Shown: in pieces, positions 40,132 to 54,382 of the stretch
How the letters are laid out: the number at the start of each line of letters is the position of its first letter
Position numbering within the stretch: the first letter of the stretch is position 1
NCBI GenBank assembly: GCA_963747235.1
Contig: CAVVEU010000024.1
Location: 64,001 to 128,000 of the forward strand
Reading direction: 5' to 3'
DNA from: an uncultured Candidatus Rokubacteria bacterium
GTDB taxonomy: Bacteria > Methylomirabilota > Methylomirabilia > Rokubacteriales > CSP1-6
Length of the DNA: 64,000 bases
The notes under the pieces: model-generated
Seen by the model: the letters and a program-made list of their open reading frames with translations, nothing else
Told to the model about the DNA's origin: nothing
The model's database searches: none
Position numbers and translations under genes: made by a program

Positions 40132-43100
40132 ATGATCGTGCCTGCCGGGTCCGTCCTGTCCCGCTGGGCCGCGCTCGAAGAGCTGCTCGCGGCCCTCCCA
40201 AAGGGAGCACTCTGCCTCCGCGCCGACGGCCTCTGGGGCTCCTCGCGCGCCCTGGTGGTGGCCGCGCTCCGGGAGCGCACCGGACGGCCGATCCTCCTGC
40301 TCACGCCGGGACCGTCCCCGCGTCACCGGATGGCGCAGGACGCCGCCTTCTTCGTGGCCTCGATCTCGGGCGGCCCCGCCGCGGGCGGCGACGACGGCGA
40401 GCACGCCCGCGTGCTCGAGTTCCCCTCGGGCACCGGCACCTCCTGGCGCGGCACTCGCCACCGGGAGCCGGACGCCGAGCGCGCGCTGTGCTGCCGGCGT
40501 CTGCTCGACGGCGACGCGGTGGTGATCGTGGCCACGCCGTCCGGGCTCTCGGAGCCGGTGCCGCCGCCCTCCGCCTTCCGGCGCCGCACGTTCACCTTGA
40601 CGGTGGGGGAGAGCAGCGATCGCGAGATCCTCCTCGAGCTGCTCCAGGCGGCCGGCTACGAGCGCGTCGAGACCGTGATGGAGGTCGGGCAGTGGAGCGT
40701 GCGCGGCGGCATCGTGGACGTCTTCTCGCCCACCCACGCGCGGCCGGTGCGCGCCGAGTTCTCCGGTGACGAGGTGGAGTCCCTGCGCGTCTTCGATCCC
40801 ACCACTCAGCGCTCGATCGCGCCGCTCCGCGAGCTGACCGTGCTGCCGCTGGGCTCGAAGGACGCGGCGCCGGTCACGCTGGTGGACTATCTGCCGCCTG
40901 CCACGCTGGTGGTGCTGGAGGATCCCGCGATGCTCGAGGCGCCGCCCGACGACGCGCCCTCGGCGGCGCCGCTCGCCTCCGTGCTCGAGCGCTTCCAGCG
41001 CCTCGAGCTGCCGCTGCTCCAGCGCAGCGAGGGCGCGATGTCGATGGGCACGCGCGGGGTGGGCGGCTACCGCGGCCAGTTCAAGACGCTGGCCGGCGAG
41101 ATCCGCACCTGGCGCGGCGAGGGCTTCACGGTGCGCCTGGTGGTGGACGACGATCGGCAGAGCGCGCGGCTGCGCCAGATGCTGGCCGAGCACGATCTCG
41201 AGCCGTGGCCCGAGGGCACGCTCTGGAGCCAGGAAGGGCTCGCGGTGATCGTGGGCGAGTGCGCGGCGGGCTTCCAGATCCCGGCGGTCGGCCTCATCGT
41301 GCTCTGCGAGGAGGAGATCTTCGGGGCCCAGCGCCGCCGCCTCCGGCGCCCGCTCTTCCAGCGCGGCGCGGCGATCGCCTCGTTCAACGACCTGGCCGCC
41401 AACGACCTGGTGGTGCACGAGCAGCACGGCATCGGCCGCTACCACGGCCTCCGCACCCTGTCCTCCGAGGGGCACGACGCCGACTTCCTGCTGCTGGAGT
41501 ACGCCGACGGCGGCCGGCTCTACCTGCCCGTCGAGCGGCTCGACCTGATCTCCAAGTACATGGGCGCGCCCGAGGGCTCGGCGCGGCTCGACCGGCTCGG
41601 GGGCGGCGCGTGGCAGCGCCTGAAGGAATCGGTGCGGGCCGCGCTGCGCGACATGGCCGAAGCCCTGCTCAAGCTCTACGCCACGCGCTCGGTCGCCGAG
41701 CGGCCGAACTTCTCGGACGACACGCCCTGGCAGGGCGAGTTCGAGGCCGCCTTCCGCTTCGAGGAGACGCCGGACCAGCTCCGCGCGATCGAGGAAGTGA
41801 AGACGGACATGGTGGGCGGCCGGCCGATGGACCGCCTGGTGGCGGGTGACGTCGGCTACGGCAAGACGGAGGTCGCGCTCCGCGCGGCGTTCAAGGCGGT
41901 GGCCGACGGCCGGCAGGTGGCGGTGCTCGTGCCCACCACGGTGCTGGCCCAGCAGCACTTCAACACGTTCGTGGAGCGCTTCGGTCCGTTCCCGGCGCGC
42001 GTCGAGCTGCTCTCGCGCTTCCGCAGCCCGAAGGAGCAGAAGCAGGTGGTGGCGGGGCTCGCCGCGGGCGCGGTGGACGTGGTGGTGGGCACGCACCGGC
42101 TCCTGTCCAAGGACGTGGCGTTCAAGAATCTCGGGCTCCTGGTGGTGGACGAGGAGCATCGCTTCGGCGTCTCCCACAAGGAGCGGCTCAAGCAGCTCCG
42201 CACCTCGGTGGACGTGCTGACGCTCACCGCCACCCCGATCCCGCGCACGCTGCACATGGCGCTGTCCGGGGTGCGCGACCTCTCGGTCATCGAGACGCCG
42301 CCGCTGGACCGGCTGCCGGTGGAGACGGTGGTGACCGCGTTCAGCCGCGGGGTCATCAAGGAGGCGATCGAGCGGGAGCTGAACCGGGGCGGGCAGGTCT
42401 TCTTCGTCCACAACCGCATCCAGTCGCTCGCCTCCATGACGACCTTCATCAAGAGCCTGGTCCCGGAGGCCCGGGTGGTGATGGGACACGGCCAGATGGC
42501 GGAGCGGGAGCTGGAGAGCGTGATGGTCAAGTTCGTGGACGGCCAGGCCGACGTCCTGGTCTCGACCGCCATCGTGGAATCGGGCCTGGACATCCCGGCC
42601 TCGAACACGATAATCATCAACCGGGCCGACCGGTTCGGCCTGGCCCAGCTCTACCAGCTCCGGGGGCGGGTGGGGCGGGAGCGGCAGCAGGCCTACGCCT
42701 ACCTCCTGGTGCCCGCCGACGGGCGGGTGGACGAGACGGCCCAGCGGCGGCTGCGGGTGATCGAGGAGTCCACCGAGCTCGGGGCGGGGCTCCGACTGGC
42801 CATGCGGGATCTGGAGATCCGGGGTACCGGCAACCTGCTGGGGGCGGCCCAGCACGGGCACATCGCGGCGGTCGGATTCGATCTTTATAGCAAGCTCCTC
42901 GCGGAGGCCGTGAGAGACTTGAAGGGCGAAACGGCGGCCGAGCGCGTCGACCCGGTGATCTCGGCGGACGTCGAAGCGCTCCTGCCCGAAGCGTACGTCC
43001 CCGAGGTGAATCAGCGGCTGGCGCTCTACAAGCGGCTGGCCGAGATCGAGAAGCCCGAGGACGTGGCCGACGCCCGCGCGGAGCTGACCGATCGCTATGG

Positions 43101-43380
43101 CCCGCCGCCGCCCGCGGTGGAGGGGCTGCTGGACGTGGTGGGGCTCCGGGTGGCCGCCCGCGGGCTCGGGATCGAGCGGGTGGAGGCGGGCGGCGGGCGC
43201 GCGGTGCTGACCTTCGCGCCGTCGACGCCGGTGACGCCTTCGCAGATGCTCAAGACGATCGCGGCCAGCCGCGGCGCTCTCAAGTTGAGAAAGGAGTACA
43301 CGGTGGAAGCGCGGATCCCTGCCGAGCCCTGGCCTGCGGTGCGCGACGCCCTCGCGAAGCTCCTGGAGTCCCTCCGATGA
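40132..43380 (+). CDS. mfd: Transcription-repair coupling factor (start uncertain, 40117-40132)
   Basis: VRGGIVDVF, VVHEQHGIG, ETPDQ, GDVGYGKTEVA, DEEHRFG, QLRGRVGR, TRCF C-terminus. Confidence 0.95.
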   Translation: MIVPAGSVLSRWAALEELLAALPKGALCLRADGLWGSSRALVVAALRERTGRPILLLTPGPSPRHRMAQDAAFFVASISGGPAAGGDDGEHARVLEFPSGTGTSWRGTRHREPDAERALCCRRLLDGDAVVIVATPSGLSEPVPPPSAFRRRTFTLTVGESSDREILLELLQAAGYERVETVMEVGQWSVRGGIVDVFSPTHARPVRAEFSGDEVESLRVFDPTTQRSIAPLRELTVLPLGSKDAAPVTLVDYLPPATLVVLEDPAMLEAPPDDAPSAAPLASVLERFQRLELPLLQRSEGAMSMGTRGVGGYRGQFKTLAGEIRTWRGEGFTVRLVVDDDRQSARLRQMLAEHDLEPWPEGTLWSQEGLAVIVGECAAGFQIPAVGLIVLCEEEIFGAQRRRLRRPLFQRGAAIASFNDLAANDLVVHEQHGIGRYHGLRTLSSEGHDADFLLLEYADGGRLYLPVERLDLISKYMGAPEGSARLDRLGGGAWQRLKESVRAALRDMAEALLKLYATRSVAERPNFSDDTPWQGEFEAAFRFEETPDQLRAIEEVKTDMVGGRPMDRLVAGDVGYGKTEVALRAAFKAVADGRQVAVLVPTTVLAQQHFNTFVERFGPFPARVELLSRFRSPKEQKQVVAGLAAGAVDVVVGTHRLLSKDVAFKNLGLLVVDEEHRFGVSHKERLKQLRTSVDVLTLTATPIPRTLHMALSGVRDLSVIETPPLDRLPVETVVTAFSRGVIKEAIERELNRGGQVFFVHNRIQSLASMTTFIKSLVPEARVVMGHGQMAERELESVMVKFVDGQADVLVSTAIVESGLDIPASNTIIINRADRFGLAQLYQLRGRVGRERQQAYAYLLVPADGRVDETAQRRLRVIEESTELGAGLRLAMRDLEIRGTGNLLGAAQHGHIAAVGFDLYSKLLAEAVRDLKGETAAERVDPVISADVEALLPEAYVPEVNQRLALYKRLAEIEKPEDVADARAELTDRYGPPPPAVEGLLDVVGLRVAARGLGIERVEAGGGRAVLTFAPSTPVTPSQMLKTIAASRGALKLRKEYTVEARIPAEPWPAVRDALAKLLESLR

Positions 43381-44459
43381 GCCCGCGCGGCATCGCCGCG
43401 GTCACCTTGCTGGTCTTTCCCTTGATGATCTCGGGCTGCTCGATCCCGACCTGGGTGCCGCTGCTCGGCAAGAGCAAGCCGGCGGCGCCGGCCGAGACCC
43501 CGGTCGCGCAGCCGCCCACTTCCGCGCCGATCCTGACCTCGCGGGATCAGCTCCACGCCTCCGAGGACGTGGTGGATCGCGTGATCTGCGTGGTGAACAA
43601 CGACGCGATCACCCAGTACGAGCTGGACGAGGCCGAGCTCTACTACCTGGCCGAGACGCGGCAGCGGCCCTCCGACGGCGAGGCGCGCAAGGTGCTGCGC
43701 ACCCAGCTCCTGCAGAACCTGATCGAGAACCGGATCCAGCTCCAGCAGGCCGAGCGGGAGAAGGTGGTGATCGAGGACCTGGAGCTCGCCGAGGCGCTCG
43801 GCGACATCATGAAGAAGCTCAAGGCCAGGGACGAGGCCGAATTCGAGAGCATGATCAAGACGCAGGGCCTCACCCTGGAGGGCGTCAAGAAGCGGCTGCG
43901 CGAGCAGCTCATGGTCCAGCGGGTGGTCCGCCGCAAGGTCGCCCTGCGCATCTCGGTCACCGAGCAGGAGATCGACCGGTACCTCACCGAGAACCGCGAG
44001 AAGCTCGAGACCGGCCTCACCTTCGGGGCCCGGCACATTCTGGTGGTGCCGGATCCGGCCAAGGGCGAGGAGGGCTGGACCGCGGCGCGGCTCCGGGCGG
44101 ACGAGATCTACGGACATCTGCTCGAGGGGCAGGACTTCATCGAGCTGGCCAAGAAGTACTCGGACGATCCGTCCGGCAAGGACGGCGGCTCGCTCGGCAA
44201 TCTCAAGAAGGGCGAGCTCGCGCAGGACATCGAGGACGCGATCCTGCGTCTCGCCCCGGGCGAGGCCTCGACGCCGTTCCGCTCGAAGATCGGCTATCAC
44301 CTCTTCCGTCTCGACTCGCGCGACGCCCTCACCGGGGACGCGCTCGTGCAGGCCCGCGGCCAGATCCGCGAGATCCTCTACCGCCAGAAGTACGACACGC
44401 GGCTCAAGGACTGGCTCGTGGAGATCAAGCAGCGCGCGATCATCGATATCCGTATGTAA
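43377..44459 (+). CDS. SurA-like parvulin peptidyl-prolyl isomerase (lipoprotein)
   Basis: Lipobox ISGC; VDRVICVVNND, ARHILV, FIELAKKYSDD..GGSLG, GYHLF. Confidence 0.85.
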   Translation: MSPRGIAAVTLLVFPLMISGCSIPTWVPLLGKSKPAAPAETPVAQPPTSAPILTSRDQLHASEDVVDRVICVVNNDAITQYELDEAELYYLAETRQRPSDGEARKVLRTQLLQNLIENRIQLQQAEREKVVIEDLELAEALGDIMKKLKARDEAEFESMIKTQGLTLEGVKKRLREQLMVQRVVRRKVALRISVTEQEIDRYLTENREKLETGLTFGARHILVVPDPAKGEEGWTAARLRADEIYGHLLEGQDFIELAKKYSDDPSGKDGGSLGNLKKGELAQDIEDAILRLAPGEASTPFRSKIGYHLFRLDSRDALTGDALVQARGQIREILYRQKYDTRLKDWLVEIKQRAIIDIRM

Positions 44460-44466
44460 ATCGGGG

Positions 44467-44496
44467 TTGACAGGGCCGGAAACCGTGTGGGACAGT
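44467..44496 (+). promoter_or_regulatory. Putative rho promoter
   Basis: TTGACA-N18-GACAGT with TG extension; weak -10. Confidence 0.35.
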
Positions 44497-44701
44497 GGTT
44501 CGCGAAGCACGGTAGCCAACCTCCTAGAGAGTAGACCCGCACACACGCAACCCGCCGGAGACGACTATCTCTTCTTCAGAACGTACCCCGAAGCGTCCCT
44601 CGCCGAAGCCGCCGTCTGCCGCCCCCGCCGAGCAGCCCGTCACTGCCGAGCAGCCCATCACGGTTGAGACCAGCGGGGTGGTCGGTGCAGGAGGAAAACG
44701 G

Positions 44702-45955
44702 ATGAACCTGTCCGAGCTCAAGGACAAGACCATCACCGATCTCAACAACGTCGCCAAGGAGCTCGGCGTCCAGGGCACCAGCGGTCTTCGCAAGCAGGAC
44801 CTGATCTTCAAGATCCTGCAGGGGCAGGCCGAGCGCGACGGGCTCATCTTCGCGGAGGGCGTGCTGGAAGTGCTGCCCGACGGCTTCGGCTTCCTCCGCG
44901 CGCCGGACTACAACTACCTGCCGGGTCCCGACGACATCTACGTCTCGCCCTCGCAGATCCGCCGCTTCGACCTGCGCACCGGCGACACCATCTCCGGGCA
45001 GGTGCGGCCGCCCAAGGACAGCGAGCGCTACTTCGCGCTGCTCAAGGTCGAGGCGATCAACTTCGAGACGCCGGAGCAGGCGCGCGACAAGACGCTCTTC
45101 GACAACCTGACCCCGCTCTATCCGATGGAGCGGCTCCGGCTCGAGCACGACTCGGACAACCTGACCACCCGGGCGATGGATCTCCTGTGTCCGATCGGCA
45201 AGGGCCAGCGCGGCCTGATCGTGGCCGCGCCGCGCACCGGCAAGACGGTGCTGCTGCAGAACCTCGCCAACGCCATCGCCAAGAACCACCCCGAGGTGTA
45301 CCTGATCGTCCTGCTCATCGACGAGCGGCCGGAAGAGGTCACCGACATGCAGCGCTCGGTGAAGGGCGAGGTCATCTCCTCCACCTTCGACGAGCCGCCG
45401 CAGCGGCACGTGCAGGTGGCGGACATGGTGATCGAGAAGGCCAAGCGCCTCGTCGAGCACAAGCGCGACGTCGTGATCCTGCTCGATTCGATCACCCGCT
45501 TCGCCCGCGCCCACAACGCGGTCATCCCGTCGTCCGGCAAGGTGCTCTCGGGCGGTCTCGACGCCAACGCGCTCCAGCGGCCCCGCCGGTTCTTCGCGGC
45601 GGCCCGGAACGTGGAGGAGGGCGGCTCGCTCACCATCATGGCCACCGCCCTCATCGACACCGGCTCCCGGATGGACGACGTGATCTTCGAGGAGTTCAAG
45701 GGCACCGGCAACATGGAGGTGCACCTGGACCGGCGGTTGATGGACAAGCGGATCTTCCCGACCATCAACATCGAGCAGACCGGCACCCGGAAGGAAGAGC
45801 TCCTGCTGGAGAAGGACGAGCTGCAGAAGGTCTGGCTGCTCCGCAAGGCCCTGTCCCAGCTCAACCCGGTCGAGGCCATGGAGCTGCTGCTCGACAAGCT
45901 CAAAATGGTCAAGAGTAACAAGGACTTCCTGAACCAGATGAACCAGCTTGGCTAG
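44702..45955 (+). CDS. rho: Transcription termination factor Rho
   Basis: [47 protein letters not shown]; AGGAGG RBS. Confidence 0.98.
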   Translation: MNLSELKDKTITDLNNVAKELGVQGTSGLRKQDLIFKILQGQAERDGLIFAEGVLEVLPDGFGFLRAPDYNYLPGPDDIYVSPSQIRRFDLRTGDTISGQVRPPKDSERYFALLKVEAINFETPEQARDKTLFDNLTPLYPMERLRLEHDSDNLTTRAMDLLCPIGKGQRGLIVAAPRTGKTVLLQNLANAIAKNHPEVYLIVLLIDERPEEVTDMQRSVKGEVISSTFDEPPQRHVQVADMVIEKAKRLVEHKRDVVILLDSITRFARAHNAVIPSSGKVLSGGLDANALQRPRRFFAAARNVEEGGSLTIMATALIDTGSRMDDVIFEEFKGTGNMEVHLDRRLMDKRIFPTINIEQTGTRKEELLLEKDELQKVWLLRKALSQLNPVEAMELLLDKLKMVKSNKDFLNQMNQLG

Positions 45956-45964
45956 GCCGGATTT

Positions 45965-45993
45965 TTGCCTTTTCGCGCTCTCCCTGCTATTCT
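45965..45993 (+). promoter_or_regulatory. Putative rpmE promoter
   Basis: TTGCCT-N17-TATTCT with TG extension. Confidence 0.55.
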
Positions 45994-46018
45994 CTGAGAT
46001 CCATCTAGGAGGTGCGCC

Positions 46019-46234
46019 GTGAAGGCTGGCATTCATCCGGACTACGTTGATACGACGATCACCTGCAACTGCGGGGAAGTCATCCACACCCGCTCCACCG
46101 TCCCGACCATCAAGGTCGAGGTGTGCTCCAAGTGCCACCCCTTCTTCACGGGGAAGCAGCGGTTCCTGGACACCGCCGGGCGGGTCGAGCGCTTCCAGCA
46201 GAAGTACAAGAGGAAGACGGTTACCGAGGGGTAG
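46019..46234 (+). CDS. rpmE: 50S ribosomal protein L31 (Zn-binding type)
   Basis: [29 protein letters not shown]. Confidence 0.97.
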   Translation: MKAGIHPDYVDTTITCNCGEVIHTRSTVPTIKVEVCSKCHPFFTGKQRFLDTAGRVERFQQKYKRKTVTEG

Positions 46235-46346
46235 GGCCCGGCTCGGCGCCGCGCTCGGCGAAGAGCCACAGATCCACCATCCGTTACTCGGTCGTCTCCA
46301 GCCGCGGCGGCGCCCTCTTCCGGGTTTCACTCCCTGAGGCGTCACC

Positions 46347-47417
46347 ATGTTCGACAAGCTCCGGCAGATCGAAGAGCGTTACGGCGAGCTGAACCGCTTG
46401 CTGTCCGATCCCCAGGTGATCGGGCAGCCATCGGTCTATGCGAAGACCGCCAAGGCCGCGGCCGACCTGGCCGACACGGTGCAGAAGTTCGACGACTACA
46501 AGAGCGTGCTCGCCCGCATCTCGGAGGCCCGCCACATCCTGGCCGAGGACTCCGACCGCGAGATGCGCGAGCTGGCCCAGGCCGAGATCGACGAGCTGAC
46601 CGCGCGGCAGGCCAAGCTCGAGGAGGAGCTGCGGGGCCTCCTCATCCCGCGCGACCCCAACGACGACAAGAACGTCTTCCTGGAGATCCGGGCCGGCGCG
46701 GGCGGTGACGAGGCCGGCCTCTTCGCGGCCGAGCTGTTCCGCATGTACACCAAGTACGCGGAGCGGCAGCGCTGGAAGTGGGAGGTCATCGACAGCCATC
46801 CCACCGGGGTGGGCGGCCTCAAGGAAGTGGTCGCGCTGGTGCAGGGCCGCGGGGCGTGGAGCCGGCTCAAGTACGAGCGGGGCGTGCACCGCGTGCAGCG
46901 CGTGCCGGCCACCGAGTCGAGCGGGCGCATCCACACCTCGACCGTGACGGTGGCGGTGCTGCCGGAGGCGGAGGACGTGGACGTGAAGGTGGACGAGAAG
47001 GACATCCAGGTGGACGTCTACCGCTCCTCGGGGCCGGGCGGGCAGGGCGTCAACACGACCGACTCCGCGGTGCGGCTCACCCACCTGCCCACCGGGCTGG
47101 TCGTCACCTGCCAGGACGAGCGCTCGCAGATCAAGAACCGCGCGAAGGCCCTGCGGGTGCTGAAGGCGCGCCTGCTGGAGCGGGCGCAGGAGGAGCAGGC
47201 CGCCGCCATCGCGGCCGACCGGCGCAGCCAGGTCGGCACCGGGGAGCGCAGCGAGCGCATCCGCACCTACAACTTCCCCCAGGGCCGCGTCAGCGATCAC
47301 CGCATCAACGTCACGCTGCACCGGCTGCCCGCCGTGCTGGAGGGCGATCTCGACGAGCTGATCGACGGGCTGCGCGATCGCGAGCAGAGCCAGAAGCTCG
47401 CGGAGAGCGTGACGTGA
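46347..47417 (+). CDS. prfA: Peptide chain release factor 1
   Basis: GGQ motif and PAT (RVPATES) RF1 tripeptide. Confidence 0.97.
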   Translation: MFDKLRQIEERYGELNRLLSDPQVIGQPSVYAKTAKAAADLADTVQKFDDYKSVLARISEARHILAEDSDREMRELAQAEIDELTARQAKLEEELRGLLIPRDPNDDKNVFLEIRAGAGGDEAGLFAAELFRMYTKYAERQRWKWEVIDSHPTGVGGLKEVVALVQGRGAWSRLKYERGVHRVQRVPATESSGRIHTSTVTVAVLPEAEDVDVKVDEKDIQVDVYRSSGPGGQGVNTTDSAVRLTHLPTGLVVTCQDERSQIKNRAKALRVLKARLLERAQEEQAAAIAADRRSQVGTGERSERIRTYNFPQGRVSDHRINVTLHRLPAVLEGDLDELIDGLRDREQSQKLAESVT

Positions 47418-48343
47418 TCGGGGTCGCCGCGGATTCGACCGTTCCCGCGCTGCTCGGGCGCGCGGCCGCCGCGCTCGAGGAGGCCGGGATCGAGACCGCG
47501 CGCCCGGAGGCCGAGTGGCTCCTGGCCGGGCTCCTCGCACGTCGAGCGCTTCGCCCTCTATCTCGAGCCGACGCGCCGGCTGACCGAGGCGGAGGCCGCC
47601 CACTACCGGGAGCTGATCGAACGCCGCGCGCGCCGCGAGCCGCTGCAGTACCTGCTCGGCTGGGAGGACTTCCACGGCCTGCGCCTGGCCGTCACCCCCG
47701 ACGTGCTGGTGCCGCGCCCGGAGACCGAAGGCCTCGTGGAGTGGGCGCTGGAAGTCCTCGCGGGCCGCCTGGATCCGGTGATCGCCGACCTCGGCACCGG
47801 CAGCGGCGCCATCGCCTGCGCGCTGGCGGCGGCGCTGCCCCGCGCCGAGGTGCTGGCCGTCGAGCTGGCCGGGGGCGCCCTCGCCGTCGCGTCCCGGAAC
47901 GTCCGCGAGCTCGGGCTCTCCGAGCGGGTGCGGCTGCTCGCGGGGGATCTCTTCGCGCCGCTCGGCGCGCTCTCCGCGAGCCTCGACATGGTGGTGGCGA
48001 ACCCGCCGTACCTGCGGAGCGCGGTGATCGCGTCGCTGCCGCCCGAGGTCTCACGGCACGAGCCGCGCGCGGCGCTGGACGGCGGCCCGGACGGCCTCGG
48101 CGTGCTCCGCCGCATCGTGGCGGGCGCGCCCCCGGTGCTGAAGCCGGGCGGGTGGCTCCTGATGGAGATCGGCGAGGAGCAGGCGGGCCCGCTCGCCTCG
48201 CTCATGGCCGCGGAGGGATTCTCCGGCATCCGGGCCCGGCGGGATCTGAACGGTGTGGAGCGCTACATCGGCGGGCGCTGGGAGGACACGGAGACGACGC
48301 TCGCGGTCTGCGCCTCCGGCGCGGCCCGACGGGAGGGCTGCTG

Positions 48344-48344
<1 letters not shown>
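47414..48344 (+). CDS. prmC: Release factor glutamine methyltransferase (frameshift ~47540)
   Basis: [37 protein letters not shown]. Confidence 0.93.
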
Positions 48345-49596
<1,252 letters not shown>

Positions 49597-49600
<4 letters not shown>

Positions 49601-50231
49601 CGACCTCGCTGACGCTCGCGCTGCCCAAGGGCCGGCTGCTGGACCCCGCGCTGGCCCTGCTCGCGGGCATGGGCATCCGGGGCTTCGAGCCCGATTCGCG
49701 CCGGCTCCTGCTGACCGACGAGGCGGCGGGGCTGCGCTTCATCCTGCTCAAGCCGGCCGACATCCCGACCTACGTGGAATACGGCGCCGCCGACCTCGGC
49801 ATCGTGGGCAAGGACATCCTGCTCGAGCAGCAGCCGGACGTGTACGAGCCGGTGGACCTGGGCTTCGGCTTCTGCCGCCTGGTCGTCGCCGAGGCCCGCG
49901 AGCTGTGGGAGCGCGACGATCCGGCCAAGTGGTCCTGGGTGCGGGTGGCCACCAAGTATCCGCGCCTGACCGAGGAGTACTTCTCGGAGCGCGGGATCCA
50001 GGTGGAGATGGTGAAGCTCGACGGCTCCATCGAGCTGGCGCCGCTGGTCGGCCTGGCCGAGCGCATCGTGGACCTGGTGCAGTCCGGCGAGACGCTGCGG
50101 GCGAACGGGCTCGTGGAGGTGGCCGAGATCCTGACCTCCACCGCGCGGCTCATCGTCAACCGGGCCTCGCTCAAGACCCAGCACGCGCGGGTCAACCAGC
50201 TGATCACCGCCATGCGCGAGAAAGTCGCGCG

Positions 50232-50235
<4 letters not shown>
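49597..50235 (+). CDS. hisG: ATP phosphoribosyltransferase, short form
   Basis: [32 protein letters not shown]; ~212 aa. Confidence 0.95.
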
Positions 50236-51539
<1,304 letters not shown>

Positions 51540-51543
<4 letters not shown>

Positions 51544-52151
51544 CGGGGAAGACGGAGCCGGCGGTGCCACGGCAGAGCCGGATCGAGCGCAACACGAAGG
51601 AGACGCAGATCGTCCTCACGCTCAACCTGGACGGCACCGGCGCCGCCAAGGTGGACACCGGCATCCCCTTCTTCAACCACATGCTCGAGGCGTGGTCGAA
51701 GCACGCGCTGATGGACCTGGCGGTGGACGCCAAGGGCGATCTCGACGTGGATCTCCACCACACGGTGGAGGACGTGGGGATCTGCCTGGGCAAGGCGCTC
51801 CGCGAGGCGGTCGGCGACAAGAAGGGCATCGTGCGCTACGGGGCCTCGTTCCTGCCCATGGACGAGGCGCTGCTGCACGCCGCGGTGGACATCTCGGGGC
51901 GGCCCTATCTCGTCTTCAACGTGCCGCTCCAGCGCACCCGGATCGCCAACTTCGATCTCGACCTGCTCAAGGACTTCTTCCGCGCGGTGGCGGTGAACGC
52001 GGAGATCACGCTCCACCTCAACATGCACTACGGCGAGAACCTCCACCACATCGCGGAGGCCACCTTCAAGGCGGCCGGCCGCGCCCTCGCCGAGGCCACC
52101 CGCCTCAATCCGCGAATCACGGGCATCCTGTCCACCAAGGGCAGCCTGTAG
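51540..52151 (+). CDS. hisB: Imidazoleglycerol-phosphate dehydratase
   Basis: [34 protein letters not shown]. Confidence 0.96.
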
Positions 52152-52160
52152 AGGCAGCGT

Positions 52161-52845
52161 GTGATCGCCATCGTCGACTACGGCCGCGGCAATCTCGGCA
52201 GCGTGGAGAAGGCCTTCGCGCGGATCGGCATGCCCGCCGTCGTCACCCAGGACCCGAAGGTGGTGGACGACGCGGAAGCGGTGGTGCTGCCCGGCGACGG
52301 CGCCTTTCACGACGCGATGGGTAGCCTCCAGGCGCTGGGGCTGATCGCGCCGCTCCGGGCGTGCTTCGAGAGCGCGCGGCCGTTCTTCGGGATCTGCCTC
52401 GGCTACCAGCTCCTCTTCTCGGAGAGCGAGGAGTTCGGCCAGGGCAAGGGCCTCGACGTCATCCCGGGCGCGGTGCGGCGCTTCCCGGCCGGGTCTCAAG
52501 GTGCCGCACATGGGCTGGAACCAGGTCGCGCACCGGGGCGACCTGCCGCTCTTCGACGGGATCCCGAGCGGGGCGCACTTCTACTTCGTGCACTCCTACT
52601 ATCCGGAGACCGCCGACACTTCGCTCCGGGTCGCGACCTGCACCTACGGGCTCACGTTCCCGGCGGCCGTCTCGCGCGGCGCCCTCCACGCCACCCAGTT
52701 CCACCCCGAGAAGAGCCAGCGCTGGGGCATCCGCATGCTCGAGAACTTCGCGGCCATCGTGCGCGATCGCGCTGAGAGGATCGAGATGGCCGAGGTGCAG
52801 CCGAAGGCGAGCCGAGGAGACCATGAACCGCCGAGCGGATGGTAG
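52161..52845 (+). CDS. hisH: IGP synthase glutaminase subunit (frameshift ~52490; repeat-derived C-terminal tail)
   Basis: DYGRGNL, GICLG, PHMGWN, YFVHSY, QFHPEKS. Confidence 0.94.
52786..52824 (+). repeat. GA-hairpin dispersed repeat, copy 3 (3' end of hisH)
   Basis: ATGG-CCGAGGTGCAGCCGAAGGCGAGCCGAGG-AGA-CCAT. Confidence 0.8.
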
Positions 52846-52853
52846 GTAGCTCA

Positions 52854-53573
52854 ATGTTCGAGATCGTGCCGGCGGTCGATCTGAAGGCGGGGCGGTGCGT
52901 GCGGCTGCTGCAGGGCCGGGCCGACGCCGAGACCGTCTTCTCCGACGATCCGGTGGCGATGGCCCGCCGCTGGGAGGACTCGCGCGCGCGGCGCCTGCAC
53001 GTGGTGGATCTGGACGGGGCCTTCGCGGGCCGGCCGTCCCAGACCGAGCTCGTCCGCGCCATGATCGCGGCGGTGCGGATCCCGGTGCAGGTGGGCGGCG
53101 GGCTGCGCGAGATCGCGCACGTCGAGGCGGTGCTGGAGGCGGGCGCGCGCTGGGCCATCGTGGGCACGCGCGCCGCGCTCGATCCCGCGTTCCTGGGCCA
53201 GGTGTGCGAGCGGTTCGGCGAGCAGGTGATCGTGGGCATCGACGCCTCCGACGGGCGCGTCGCGGTGGACGGCTGGACGCGCGTGCTGGACCTCGACGCC
53301 ATCGCCCTGGCGCGCGACGCGGCGGCGGCGGGGGCGGCCGGCATCATCTATACCGACATCGCGCGCGACGGCACCCAGAACGGCCCCAATCTCTGGAGCA
53401 CCGAGGCGGTGGCCAAGGCGGCGGGCATCGACGTCTTCGCCTCCGGCGGGGTCGGCTCGCTCGACGACATCCGGCAGCTCGCGACGGTCCCGGAGCTGGC
53501 CGGCGTCATCGTGGGGCGCGCGCTCTACAGCGGCGCGGTGGACCTGGGCGCCGCGCTGGCCGCGGTCCGGTAG
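52854..53573 (+). CDS. hisA: ProFAR isomerase
   Basis: [40 protein letters not shown]. Confidence 0.96.
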   Translation: MFEIVPAVDLKAGRCVRLLQGRADAETVFSDDPVAMARRWEDSRARRLHVVDLDGAFAGRPSQTELVRAMIAAVRIPVQVGGGLREIAHVEAVLEAGARWAIVGTRAALDPAFLGQVCERFGEQVIVGIDASDGRVAVDGWTRVLDLDAIALARDAAAAGAAGIIYTDIARDGTQNGPNLWSTEAVAKAAGIDVFASGGVGSLDDIRQLATVPELAGVIVGRALYSGAVDLGAALAAVR

Positions 53574-53578
53574 GCGCC

Positions 53579-54378
<800 letters not shown>

Positions 54379-54382
<4 letters not shown>

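Noticed and set aside
39991-42861. Very long antisense ORFs over mfd, rho, radA, nuoN and others
   Set aside because: Shadow ORFs caused by high GC3; no recognisable motifs
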